Shown: one piece after another, positions 1-9,450 of the stretch
How positions within the stretch are numbered: position 1 is the stretch's first letter
How the letters are laid out: each line of letters begins with the position of its first letter
DNA from: a virus
Lineage: Duplodnaviria > Caudoviricetes
IMG/VR virus record: IMGVR_UViG_3300023178_000006
Strand: one strand, 5' to 3'
DNA: 64,000 nucleotides
The notes under the pieces: model-generated
Told to the model about the DNA's origin: nothing
Databases searched by the model: none
Seen by the model: the letters and a program-made list of their open reading frames with translations, nothing else
Made by a program: the position numbers and the translations under genes

Positions 1-2024
1 AAACCTGCTCTTTCGTAATTAGTTTCACCAAACATCTTTTTAAAATTTTTGGTGTGTTGACTTGGTTTTGTTTCTGCTGTAGCATCACCAGGTGCTGGTT
101 TGTATGCTTTAGGATTATCATCGTCCATCTTAGCTTGTTTCTTAAATTGAGCTTTACGTTTGTCAGCTGTTGACTTTGCTAACCCAGTGTGATATGTTGG
201 GCCTTCACTCATGCGTTGTTCTAATGTATATTCTTTATATGAGTGTTCAGCACTCTCATTTACATGTTGTAAAGCTTTACGAACTTCAGGATGCTTTGAT
301 AATCCTCTTTTAATCTTTTCGATTTCTTTAATGGCATAGTTCATGTTACCACCAAGGTCTAATGCCAATTCAATCGCTAATTTTGTCTTCTCATCTCGTG
401 CTGCTCTTTTTGCAGCAGGGTTGTCTCTATAATACTGAGAAACTTCTCGACCAGTAAGTTTTGATTTACCCATTGGAGATAACGGGTCTAATTTACCATT
501 CTTAACTCTCTCAGATAAGAAGTTCATTACTGCGTAGTCTAAAGATTCTTTCTTAAACTCTTTTGGTTTCTTTGGTCCTTTCTTCGCTGGGGAAGTATCA
601 ACCTTCATAATCTTAACCTTCTTAGGTTTCAACGGACTAGATTTCGCTTTCATTTTACTTGCTAATCTTGCACGTTCTGCCTTTTTCACTTTAGGTAAGA
701 ACCTACGCATTAAGATATCAATTCTATTCTTAGGAATCTTTTTAATTCTATCGTCAACTCTCTGTCTTGCACTATATGGCATATCACCATAATTAACTGC
801 TTTAGAGAATCTCTTCTTAAGCATTCTATATACTAAACGACGAGCACGTCTTTTAAGAACGTCGACTGTTGCAACCCTCTTCATAGCACGTCTTCTTCCC
901 ATTCTGAGTTTACTTCTCATACGCTTCATTAACATTTTGCGCTTGAGTCTTTGTTGACGTGTTAGTGCTTCACCTATTAAATCTTCAGTGAGGTTTTCGT
1001 CCATAAAGATTTCATCTAAGAATTCATCATCGAAATCTTCAAACTCTATTTCCATTGTTTCTTGGAGTCCCATTCCAACTCTTACTGCATCATATACTGT
1101 TTTTGCAGAACCTTTGAGTTTGGTTGGTAATCCTTTCTTAAAGGAAGTAAAGTCTTCATCTGCAGCTGCTTGTCTCATCTTGGACGCAGACATTCCCGTA
1201 ACGCCTTCTGAATCCGGGTCTCTTTCCCCAGCTGAGATTACTTCGATATTATTAAAAGTATAGTCTCTACCATTATATTGGTTGAGCATTCTACTAAATT
1301 CGTCTACACGGTCGGAACCTACAACAAGCACTAAATCACTATATTGACGTTGTAATTCTTTAGCAACTTCTATGATGGTGCGTGCTCGTGATTTAACAAT
1401 CACTTTATTTCCGAATGCGCGTTTAGCGAATAAGATTTTTTGGTCGTATGTGAGTGGATTTTTTTTGGAGTCCTGAGTTTGAGATAAGTAGATTAGTGGT
1501 GTTCCGCCTTTGGATAAGGCAGTGGAAACGACCTTATTGACCAATTTTTCATGACCAACTGTCACAGGGTTCATACGACCAAATGATATAACAGCAACCC
1601 CTTTGCGAGGCGCTTCGTCTACGGAAGGTTTCGTATTTACGAACTTTTTAGGATTTAACTTTTTCTTGCCAATCTTTCTTAATTGAGGATTTGTTTTAAT
1701 ATTCTCTGCATCTTTAAGTTTCTTGGCAGCATCGGCAATTCCTGCATCAATGTCACCCATCTGGTCCTGTGTTCTTTCACTGGAAAATGGGTCTTCAGGA
1801 TTTACCTTAGGTTCTGATTTAGGTTCTTCTTGGTCTATATCATCTGTGTCATCAGTTTCTGGTGTTGCATCAACTTTTCCATCAACTGGTTCTTCGTCGT
1901 CTTTTTTACCACGACGTTTTGCTTTCAACTCTTCAGGCGATTTAGGATTATCTTCTCCTGGTGTCGCTTCATCGAGTTGAGCTGACGATACACTATCCAA
2001 GAATTCTTGAAATGTTTGGCTCAT
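1..2024 (-). CDS. Cytidylyltransferase-like (HIGH-family nucleotidyltransferase) virion protein, 3'-truncated by window edge
   Basis: Absent from the ORF track. Manual translation from ATG at 2024 is open to position 1: MSQTFQEFLD...ISFGRMNPVTVGHEKL...LVVGSDRV...SAGERDPDSEGVTGMSASKMR, then an Arg/Lys-rich region. Late promoter at 2063-2070. Confidence 0.8.
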   Translation of the reverse strand, partial: MSQTFQEFLDSVSSAQLDEATPGEDNPKSPEELKAKRRGKKDDEEPVDGKVDATPETDDTDDIDQEEPKSEPKVNPEDPFSSERTQDQMGDIDAGIADAAKKLKDAENIKTNPQLRKIGKKKLNPKKFVNTKPSVDEAPRKGVAVISFGRMNPVTVGHEKLVNKVVSTALSKGGTPLIYLSQTQDSKKNPLTYDQKILFAKRAFGNKVIVKSRARTIIEVAKELQRQYSDLVLVVGSDRVDEFSRMLNQYNGRDYTFNNIEVISAGERDPDSEGVTGMSASKMRQAAADEDFTSFKKGLPTKLKGSAKTVYDAVRVGMGLQETMEIEFEDFDDEFLDEIFMDENLTEDLIGEALTRQQRLKRKMLMKRMRSKLRMGRRRAMKRVATVDVLKRRARRLVYRMLKKRFSKAVNYGDMPYSARQRVDDRIKKIPKNRIDILMRRFLPKVKKAERARLASKMKAKSSPLKPKKVKIMKVDTSPAKKGPKKPKEFKKESLDYAVMNFLSERVKNGKLDPLSPMGKSKLTGREVSQYYRDNPAAKRAARDEKTKLAIELALDLGGNMNYAIKEIEKIKRGLSKHPEVRKALQHVNESAEHSYKEYTLEQRMSEGPTYHTGLAKSTADKRKAQFKKQAKMDDDNPKAYKPAPGDATAETKPSQHTKNFKKMFGETNYERAG

Positions 2025-2061
2025 CTGTTAAGTCCTAATTAAAATTTAAATCTACTCTGGT

Positions 2062-2748
2062 TTATTTATAATATTTTGAAAAACTGGAGATAAATTCATA
2101 GTTAACGTGTGCACTATTTGCCCAAATAGTTGATTCTCTCAAATATCCTATTGCAGGTGTTGGTGACATAATACACAACGGAATATTTGTTCTACGTTGT
2201 CCTCGTATAAAATATGCATTATCAACAGCACCTAAAACACCTTTTGTTTCTATTTCATATACAAGATTTTGTGCTGTTCTCTTTGTCATCATATATGCAT
2301 GAGCACCTTCGTGGCCATCAATAGGGATTAATTCTCTAGGTTCGTTCTTAGCATCTAAAAATCTATAGTTCCAATAGTCTGGTAATTTATATCCTAAAGT
2401 AATTAAATAATTGTCTGGTACTTTAATATCAGGTTTATAATACATAATTGCATCATGTTCTAATACAATACCAACTTCGTCGTCACCCTCAGCAATCATT
2501 TTCCATATTTTACCATGTCCTGCACTACAACAATTTGCTTTTTGTGCGGGTCCTGGGTTAGGTAAATACTTTGGTGGTTCATAGAATTTCATTTTAATTC
2601 CAGTTAAACACCATGCAGCTTTACCCAACATGTTTTGATAACCTTCAACGTATTCCCAATCTAAATCAATAGCATCACATGATTCAGCACAACCTTTAGC
2701 ATACTTTATTGATAAAGGGTCGTTAATTCTTAAAATATATGCTTTCAC
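2062..2748 (-). CDS. Glycosyltransferase family 25-like
   Basis: N-terminal AYILRI, C..GH..IW, GIVLEHDA (LEDD-like), GAHAYMMT...AQNL motifs typical of GT25. Confidence 0.7.
   Translation of the reverse strand: MKAYILRINDPLSIKYAKGCAESCDAIDLDWEYVEGYQNMLGKAAWCLTGIKMKFYEPPKYLPNPGPAQKANCCSAGHGKIWKMIAEGDDEVGIVLEHDAIMYYKPDIKVPDNYLITLGYKLPDYWNYRFLDAKNEPRELIPIDGHEGAHAYMMTKRTAQNLVYEIETKGVLGAVDNAYFIRGQRRTNIPLCIMSPTPAIGYLRESTIWANSAHVNYEFISSFSKYYK
2063..2070 (-). promoter_or_regulatory. T4-type late promoter TATAAATA
   Basis: Exact TATAAATA on the minus strand, ~40 nt upstream of the ATG at 2024. Confidence 0.7.
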
Positions 2749-2918
2749 TTTGGGTCACCTTGAGGAGGAGTTACTAATTTTTGCATATAAGTATTTGCTT
2801 TGTTGAAATCATCAAAGGTTTTTGAATCACCTTTATATTCAACAATATACTCTCCTTCTCGAGGACACTTCAAAACTACTGCTGTATTTAAATAATTATT
2901 GTCGTTGTTTAAGTCCAT
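2745..2918 (-). CDS. Hypothetical protein (start probably 2918, MDLNND)
   Basis: ORF fits between co-oriented genes with a 4-nt overlap on GT25. Confidence 0.5.
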   Translation of the reverse strand: MDLNNDNNYLNTAVVLKCPREGEYIVEYKGDSKTFDDFNKANTYMQKLVTPPQGDPK

Positions 2919-3558
2919 TATACAATTCCATATCTTCTTTAAAGTGCGCATTTAAACCTTGTAGCGCTTCTATGTCGAATGATATTTCACTTGATTTATC
3001 TTTTCTTGTATCTGTTTTATGTTTAGGTAAAGGATGTTCAATTACAATTTTATTATTATAACAGAATTGGAATAGTTCTTCTTCTAAGTTTTCATATAAC
3101 CAAAAACGTCCTACTCGTTCTTCACCTATTTTTAATAAGTCTGATTGTCTAATAGCAGAATTAGCATCATTATCGAATACACCATTGTTCGTCCATGATT
3201 TATATTCTTCTAGAGATGCATCTCTTCCAGGTGTTCTAAATTTCTTATAGAAATAATAAAAGCTTTTTGCTCTATCAACTGGGTCTCTTAATAATGCGAA
3301 TACATCGTATTCACGTGCTTGTTCTTCTGTAATAACACCTTCAGCAATTAATTGATTTAAAGTAAAATGATAGAAAGCATAAGGTCGATAACGAGATACA
3401 ATACTCTCGTCTAGTGTTCCCGGCAAATTACTATCTTCTACTTCAGTGTATATAGCATCTGGGTCATCAACGTTTCGAATAAAGAAATCCGACAAACTAC
3501 TTGATGCAGTTTTCGGCGTGCGTAAAAAGAGAAATTTATATTTGTGTGATAAGTACAT
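2896..3558 (-). CDS. Sulfotransferase (Sulfotransfer_2-like)
   Basis: 5'-PSB-like FLRTPKTASSS and 3'-PB-like LLRDPVDRAKSFY motifs. Confidence 0.75.
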   Translation of the reverse strand: MYLSHKYKFLFLRTPKTASSSLSDFFIRNVDDPDAIYTEVEDSNLPGTLDESIVSRYRPYAFYHFTLNQLIAEGVITEEQAREYDVFALLRDPVDRAKSFYYFYKKFRTPGRDASLEEYKSWTNNGVFDNDANSAIRQSDLLKIGEERVGRFWLYENLEEELFQFCYNNKIVIEHPLPKHKTDTRKDKSSEISFDIEALQGLNAHFKEDMELYNGLKQRQ

Positions 3559-4217
3559 TATACTCCCTGTGAATAATCAATACAATTAAATCCCATTCCA
3601 GTACTTCCCCATTTGTGGTCAGCATATATTTTATCTGGTCCATCATATCTTTGGGCACCATTAATATAAAACTGAGGAATGAAGTAGTGCGATGGGAATA
3701 TTGTTAATTTGTGTTTAAAGCTTGGAACGAACTTCGAAAGGAATCCATTCCCTGTAGACACAAAAGGTTGTGGGTGTAATTGGTGTGGTTTTAACGTATG
3801 AAGCGTATCAATTAATAATTTAATAAACTCATTGCCAGGATTACATGCGAAAATAGGTTGAACAAAATCTGGTCGACCTTTTTCATTTTCATAACATGTA
3901 TAAGCATGGTCTTCTGGAGATTGCCATAACTCATCTGTATTCTCTAAACAAATCATATCAGCTTCAGCAATAAATCCACCATGTTCATATAATAATTCAT
4001 ATCTTATTAAATCAGATACACCACAAAAAGCTTTTGCATTATAGTAATGTTCTATTAAAGGTTGGTTATACCATCTTCTTTGTCTGAGCATAGCATCTGT
4101 AAAAATACTATATTCCCAATCAGGATGTTTATCTCTCCAAGTATACATCCACTTCAAAGGTGCTGGTCTGGGTCCAACCCAGATATGCATTAATTTCTTT
4201 TCAATGGTACAGTCCAT
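3558..4217 (-). CDS. Glycosyltransferase family 32 / DXD sugar-binding (OCH1-like)
   Basis: KLMHIWVG, W...HPDWEY, SDLIRYELLYEHGGFIAEAD. Confidence 0.75.
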   Translation of the reverse strand: MDCTIEKKLMHIWVGPRPAPLKWMYTWRDKHPDWEYSIFTDAMLRQRRWYNQPLIEHYYNAKAFCGVSDLIRYELLYEHGGFIAEADMICLENTDELWQSPEDHAYTCYENEKGRPDFVQPIFACNPGNEFIKLLIDTLHTLKPHQLHPQPFVSTGNGFLSKFVPSFKHKLTIFPSHYFIPQFYINGAQRYDGPDKIYADHKWGSTGMGFNCIDYSQGV

Positions 4218-5362
4218 TATTTTAATATCTCTAAAATTCTCTCTGCAATCTTTTTAAAGTCTTCTTTCGTTTTTCCACGAGTTGTTTCTGCTGCGGTACC
4301 GATTCGAATACCAGAAGTTTCTACAAAACTTCTTGGGTCGTTTGGAATACCATTTTTATTTACGGTAATACCATTCTCTTCTAATCTATCAGCAGCTTCT
4401 CTTCCTGAGTATTTGCATTTACTCAAGTCAAGTAATATAATATGAGAATCAGTTCCACCCGTTTGAACTGAAATCACATCCGATGTTTCAAATACTTCAC
4501 ACATTGCTTGAGCATTTTCTACAACGTTCTTAGAATATATATGGAATTCTTCAGTGTCAGCTTCGAGGAAGGCTTGTGCTTTCCCTGCAATCATATTCAT
4601 TAATGGTCCACCTTGAGTGCCTGGGAAAATACTACTATTAATCTTCTTAGTATAATCAGGATTGTTCCATAATATAATTCCACCACGAGGTCCACGTAAA
4701 GTTTTATGTGTAGTTGAAGTAACAAAATCTGCATGAGGAACGGGACTTTCGTAAGCTCCACCCGCAATTAAACCAGAATAATGCGCCATATCAACCATTA
4801 GATATGCACCAACCATATCAGCAATTTCACGGAACCTTTCCCAACGAAGTTGACGTGGGTACGCGGACGCTCCCGCGATGATAAGTTTAGGTTTTACTTT
4901 TGTTGCAATACGTTCAATTTCTTTCATACTAATCCAACCACAAGCTTCATCTACTCCATAGGAATATGCATCATAGATTTTTCCACTAATAGTAACTGGA
5001 GCACCATGTGTTAAGTGACCTCCACTTGCTAAATCCATTCCTAGGATTTTATCACCTGGTTTTAAGAAAGCATTATATATTGCGAGGTTTGCGTTTGCTC
5101 CACTGTGTGGTTGAACATTCGCAAACTCACACCCGTAAATATCTTTGAGTTTTTGAATCGCAAGAGATTCAATTTCGTCCATGTGTTCACATCCATTATA
5201 ATAACGTTTGCCAGGATAACCTTCGGCATACTTATTAGTAAATTCAGAACCACATAGTTTCATAACAGCATCTGATGCGAAATTCTCAGATGCAATGAGT
5301 TCAATTGTTGTTTGTTGACGCTTTAATTCTTTTTGATATATTCTATCAATTTCTATATGCAT
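4217..5362 (-). CDS. glyA: Serine hydroxymethyltransferase
   Basis: LIASEN, NKYAEGYPGKRYYNG, NVQPHSG, GGHLTHG, PLP-lysine motif TSTTHKTLRGPRGG. Confidence 0.97.
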   Translation of the reverse strand: MHIEIDRIYQKELKRQQTTIELIASENFASDAVMKLCGSEFTNKYAEGYPGKRYYNGCEHMDEIESLAIQKLKDIYGCEFANVQPHSGANANLAIYNAFLKPGDKILGMDLASGGHLTHGAPVTISGKIYDAYSYGVDEACGWISMKEIERIATKVKPKLIIAGASAYPRQLRWERFREIADMVGAYLMVDMAHYSGLIAGGAYESPVPHADFVTSTTHKTLRGPRGGIILWNNPDYTKKINSSIFPGTQGGPLMNMIAGKAQAFLEADTEEFHIYSKNVVENAQAMCEVFETSDVISVQTGGTDSHIILLDLSKCKYSGREAADRLEENGITVNKNGIPNDPRSFVETSGIRIGTAAETTRGKTKEDFKKIAERILEILK

Positions 5363-5371
5363 TGTTTTTCC

Positions 5372-5911
5372 TTAATGTGCGATTAGTGAAATAATATGTG
5401 TGAGTGCTTCTTCAGCTGGGTCATTAGAACCAAGTACATCGTATGAAATACCTAATCTATTAAATTGAGATATGATTTCTGTATCTATTTGGATACTTAA
5501 TTCTTTGTCTTGTGCTCTACCATTTTGTTCAAAGGTTTCTGGTCTAGTGAGCATAAAATTTATATTAGAATATTTTTCATAAATCTCAAAAGCAATTCGG
5601 TCAATTAAATCTGAGTACAAAGGACCAGAATATTTTTCTCTATATAGAGGAGACAATAATACTGGACTGTCTGTAATAATATAATCAACTTTACCTGCTA
5701 ATCTTAAAATTTTTCTATGTTGGTGAGCTAATACCCAGAGTTGGTCTTGAAGCATAGGGATGTTTCCTTCCCATACACATTCTTTGGCAAACTCATCTGT
5801 GAGTTCTACTTCATATCCCAACATTTTCATTCTATAAAATAATCCTGCGGCGGCCGTACTCTTACCAGATGATGGACCACCATAGAAATTAATCACTCTT
5901 GTTTTTGTCAT
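5372..5911 (-). CDS. P-loop NTPase/kinase, NadR/AAA_28-like
   Basis: Walker A INFYGGPSSGKST, EFAKE, IITDSP, NGR. Confidence 0.7.
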   Translation of the reverse strand: MTKTRVINFYGGPSSGKSTAAAGLFYRMKMLGYEVELTDEFAKECVWEGNIPMLQDQLWVLAHQHRKILRLAGKVDYIITDSPVLLSPLYREKYSGPLYSDLIDRIAFEIYEKYSNINFMLTRPETFEQNGRAQDKELSIQIDTEIISQFNRLGISYDVLGSNDPAEEALTHIISLIAH

Positions 5912-6474
5912 GTTTTTTCAACTAACCATAAAAAATCATCTTCTACAATATAATTACCTTCACCATATAATTCTTCAACAGCTTGTTTGACTGTTGGGAA
6001 ATGAATATCATGTCCGATAATCATACCACCTTTACGAACTTTTGGAGCCCATGCTTCAACATCTCTCATAACACCATTATAAGAATGGTCAGCATCGATA
6101 AAAACAAAATCTAAACTTTCATCTTCAATCTGCTTTGCGGCTTCAGTCGTATAATCTTTAATAATAAAAGCTCTGTCTTTGTATCCTTTACAGAAACTTA
6201 CGAGGTCATTATAGTACGCTTCATGATTCCAAGCATGACCATTTTCACCTGGTGTCCATTGTTCAGGTCCATCATAACCTGGCTGAGCTTCATATAAATC
6301 AACTCCATATAGAGTAAGATTATGACATGTTTTAACTAGGTGTTTAAATGTTTCACCTAACCAAACACCGAGTTCTGCTCCTCTTGTCCACCCATTCTTT
6401 CGAACGTATTTTTCGATTGTAAGCCATCTCCAGATGTTTCCACCATCGTGACCTCTATCCATTATTTTTCCCAT
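5908..6474 (-). CDS. Class I SAM-dependent methyltransferase (Methyltransf_24-like)
   Basis: GAELGVWLG, YGVD, DFVFIDADHSY, GGMIIGHD. Confidence 0.8.
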   Translation of the reverse strand: MGKIMDRGHDGGNIWRWLTIEKYVRKNGWTRGAELGVWLGETFKHLVKTCHNLTLYGVDLYEAQPGYDGPEQWTPGENGHAWNHEAYYNDLVSFCKGYKDRAFIIKDYTTEAAKQIEDESLDFVFIDADHSYNGVMRDVEAWAPKVRKGGMIIGHDIHFPTVKQAVEELYGEGNYIVEDDFLWLVEKT

Positions 6475-6523
6475 TGTTTTCTCCTGTTACTGTGCACAAC
6501 AAATATTCTATATAATCAAATAT

Positions 6524-6552
6524 ATTATAACACATTTGGATTGAATTGTCAA
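6524..6552 (-). promoter_or_regulatory. Sigma70-type early promoter
   Basis: TTGACA-17nt-TATAAT pointing into the methyltransferase-glyA-GT operon. Confidence 0.8.
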
Positions 6553-6589
6553 TTAATTTAAGACCAAAATATCATAATATAAGTTTGAG

Positions 6590-7498
6590 TTATTCTTCTG
6601 TCTCTTCTTTTGTATCTTCAATCAAAACTTTTTCTTCTCTATTAGGTAGTTTAAGTTTTGATTCGTCTACTGTAGGTCCTTTACCAAATATTGGACCTAT
6701 ATTGTATGGTGATGCTGTTAGGTTTTTAAATTGCAATTCCATTGTGAATTGATAACCTTGACCTGCACCTGCTTTAACATACCCTAATCTTTTTTCTGCC
6801 TGTTCCGCTTTAGTAACACCTTTAGATTGTACTCTAACACGCATTACACATGTATGACAATCGTCCCAAAGAGGAACCTTTTCTGTTCCGAACTTATCTC
6901 TATTTATTCTAGCTGGGTCACTGATTCCTAAGAGGTAAAATCCGTGAGTTGCAACATTTAAATAGTGTGTATACTTTAAATTATAATACTTTGAAATCGT
7001 ATCAGAAGGCATTTGAAAGTAAATATCTGGGCATTGTTCTTTATCTAAAATATACCTTGTACGTAAATCATATCCATAATGCACTCGAGCATTTTCCATT
7101 TTAGCAGCCCAGTCCTCAGTCTTATCTTTTTGTAATAAAGGATAGTTTAAGTGTTGGTCACTAGGATGTGTAAAGGTGCTTTTCCTTCTCCACTTGCGTT
7201 CTATAACACTAAGCATATCAACTTTTTCTGCTAGGCCTTTTAGAAATTCTTTTTCTTCATCTCCATCAGTATCACCGTATGCATACTTACCCATACCTAA
7301 GTGATGAATGACAAGAGAACCAGCTGAAGCTAAACCAAGTTTTAATTCGCATCCATATTCTTTTCCTTCAAAAAGAATGTCTAAATCTGGTCTGTCTGAT
7401 GCCGCGCCCGCGGGTGAGTACGTGGGTTTTACCCAATCGTATTTTTTGAGTGTCTTTGCAACTTCTCGTTCATAGGCAAACCCTTGTTGGGCGGCCAT
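6590..7498 (-). CDS. Putative PD-(D/E)XK nuclease-fold protein
   Basis: GFAYE helix, then RPDLDI...GCELKL, matching E...PD...(D/E)xK. Confidence 0.5.
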   Translation of the reverse strand: MAAQQGFAYEREVAKTLKKYDWVKPTYSPAGAASDRPDLDILFEGKEYGCELKLGLASAGSLVIHHLGMGKYAYGDTDGDEEKEFLKGLAEKVDMLSVIERKWRRKSTFTHPSDQHLNYPLLQKDKTEDWAAKMENARVHYGYDLRTRYILDKEQCPDIYFQMPSDTISKYYNLKYTHYLNVATHGFYLLGISDPARINRDKFGTEKVPLWDDCHTCVMRVRVQSKGVTKAEQAEKRLGYVKAGAGQGYQFTMELQFKNLTASPYNIGPIFGKGPTVDESKLKLPNREEKVLIEDTKEETEE

Positions 7499-8734
7499 TT
7501 ACTTATCCCAGCCTTTAATATACTCTGTTGAGAAGTTTGCTTTTGAGAATTCCAATCTATCAACGAGTTTAAGACTATTTCTTCCAAGGTGGTCGATAGC
7601 AACAAATCCTTCTTGACCTGTTACTTCAAATCCATCTTTTGTTTTAAGGAATGTTTTAAGTCCATCAACATGATTAAGCTTATCGATAACCATGTGTTTT
7701 GCATCAACTAAAAGATTGTATAGAGAAAAGATTGCTTCGATATGTCTCATATTCGCTTTAGAAAAATATTTCAATACATCATTACCAATTTTAATCTTAG
7801 CAGCCTTTGTTGTTGGTTGTTTAACTTTATCAGCTTGTTTCTGATAATATTCTTTAATGTATGCTTGTAAACCAATAAGGAAAGATTTTGGTTCACCAAT
7901 ACGTTCACCATCTCTTACCTTACTATTAATATAAGTGTTTACTCTTGCGTTTAATTCTGTGTTAGTACCTAATTCATTGAGTACTTTTGCTGGTATTCTT
8001 CTGAAAATTTTACCGGCATCTGAAAGAACCTTTGTTATATCAGTCGTTTCTTTTTCAGTAAAAGTTACGTTACCTGATTTATCTTCAAAGACTGCATCTA
8101 CTGCCCAGACTGATTTTGGGACTTTGAGATAAGGTACAATCTTCTTTCCAAAACTTGCTGACATTGATTCAAAATCTTTTCCTCTGTAGACTGTATGCCA
8201 GACCACACCGATTTTTGAGGCATTAATTGTTTTTCCAAGGTCACTATCTTTTGGTACCGCGTAAACAATCGTGTTAGGATGAAAAGTAATATACGTCTCT
8301 CCATCGATAGTTTCAGTTTTAAGGTCGTCGTTCGTATATAAGAAATCACCTTGTATTACTCCTTCACGTAATCCGAGTTTTGAGAACTCGGCAAGGGCAA
8401 CTTTGAATTTAGCATTCAAGTCACCTTTGATATCATTATCAATTTCTGCATTTGTTTTATAAATTTTTGGATTCTTATTAAAGACTCCTTTCTTTGCTAC
8501 AAAGAACTTACCATCAGTTGGGTCAATCCCAGCAAAGAGTGCAGGCGCGCCATCCCATTTTACAGTTAAACTGACGGGAGCGGAAGTATGTCCAGCTAAC
8601 ATATCACGTATTGCTCTAATATAAGAGAATACGTTACGTGTTCCAACTACTCCACCATCAATGACCGCATCTTCCAAATGTGTCATGTGAAGATTTTTAG
8701 CTGCTTCCGATAAGTATTGTTTAAACGTTATCAT
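7499..8734 (-). CDS. Conserved T4-like virion protein with ATP-dependent ligase/nucleotidyltransferase motifs (DUF6267-like)
   Basis: Motif I TVKWDG, III IQGDFLY, IV QEGFV, V LKLVDR; CTS-like start MITFKQYLSE. Confidence 0.6.
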   Translation of the reverse strand: MITFKQYLSEAAKNLHMTHLEDAVIDGGVVGTRNVFSYIRAIRDMLAGHTSAPVSLTVKWDGAPALFAGIDPTDGKFFVAKKGVFNKNPKIYKTNAEIDNDIKGDLNAKFKVALAEFSKLGLREGVIQGDFLYTNDDLKTETIDGETYITFHPNTIVYAVPKDSDLGKTINASKIGVVWHTVYRGKDFESMSASFGKKIVPYLKVPKSVWAVDAVFEDKSGNVTFTEKETTDITKVLSDAGKIFRRIPAKVLNELGTNTELNARVNTYINSKVRDGERIGEPKSFLIGLQAYIKEYYQKQADKVKQPTTKAAKIKIGNDVLKYFSKANMRHIEAIFSLYNLLVDAKHMVIDKLNHVDGLKTFLKTKDGFEVTGQEGFVAIDHLGRNSLKLVDRLEFSKANFSTEYIKGWDK

Positions 8735-9450
8735 GCTGGTAAATTAATCCTCAGAGGTTTGTAACCCTTTGTTTTCGCTTTCGCAATCCATTCTTTTGCT
8801 TGACGATTTTTAATTTCTTTGTTTTTAAATGCTGTGGCAAACCTATAACCTTCCATACCTGTCTTATTATAATCCATTCCTTCTGAATTGTCAAGGACTA
8901 AAAATTCTTGTTTAAAGAAAGTTTGAAATTTACCAATATTATTTTGTACTTGTTTCCAATAATCAATTACTGATTTATCAGGTAGAGAACGTGCTCTCTT
9001 TTTATTCCTGTCTAATGCAGTTTCTAAATCTGTGTTGACGTAAATCATTGCTACGTCATATCCAATACTCTTTAAGTCTTGTGCTTGATTTTTTATTTTA
9101 TCGAAGTCCTTACCTGTTCCATCGATAACTAAACCTAATCGACCTTTAACATAAGAGTTTACTTGAATTTGTGTTAATCTTTTTGCCTTTCCTCTTACTG
9201 CTTGACCCATTGTACTAAAAATACTCTTAGGGTCCATTTCCATACCAGCTTTCTGCATGGCACGTTCAAATGCAATATCTGAATTGACCATTTTAAAACC
9301 GAGTGATACAATAGAAGATTTACCAGTGATAAAGGATTTACCTGAACCTGGTCCACCTGCTAAGAAAATTGCTTTAAAGATTGCTGGGTCGTTAGGACCC
9401 TCTTCAATTGATTCTCTCCATGTTTCAAATCTTTTATACATACTCGTCAA
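8731..9450 (-). CDS. P-loop kinase (AAA_33/zeta-toxin/PNK-like)
   Basis: IFLAGGPGSGKS, VNSD, LVIDGTG, ALDRNKKRAR lid. Confidence 0.7.
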   Translation of the reverse strand: MTSMYKRFETWRESIEEGPNDPAIFKAIFLAGGPGSGKSFITGKSSIVSLGFKMVNSDIAFERAMQKAGMEMDPKSIFSTMGQAVRGKAKRLTQIQVNSYVKGRLGLVIDGTGKDFDKIKNQAQDLKSIGYDVAMIYVNTDLETALDRNKKRARSLPDKSVIDYWKQVQNNIGKFQTFFKQEFLVLDNSEGMDYNKTGMEGYRFATAFKNKEIKNRQAKEWIAKAKTKGYKPLRINLPA

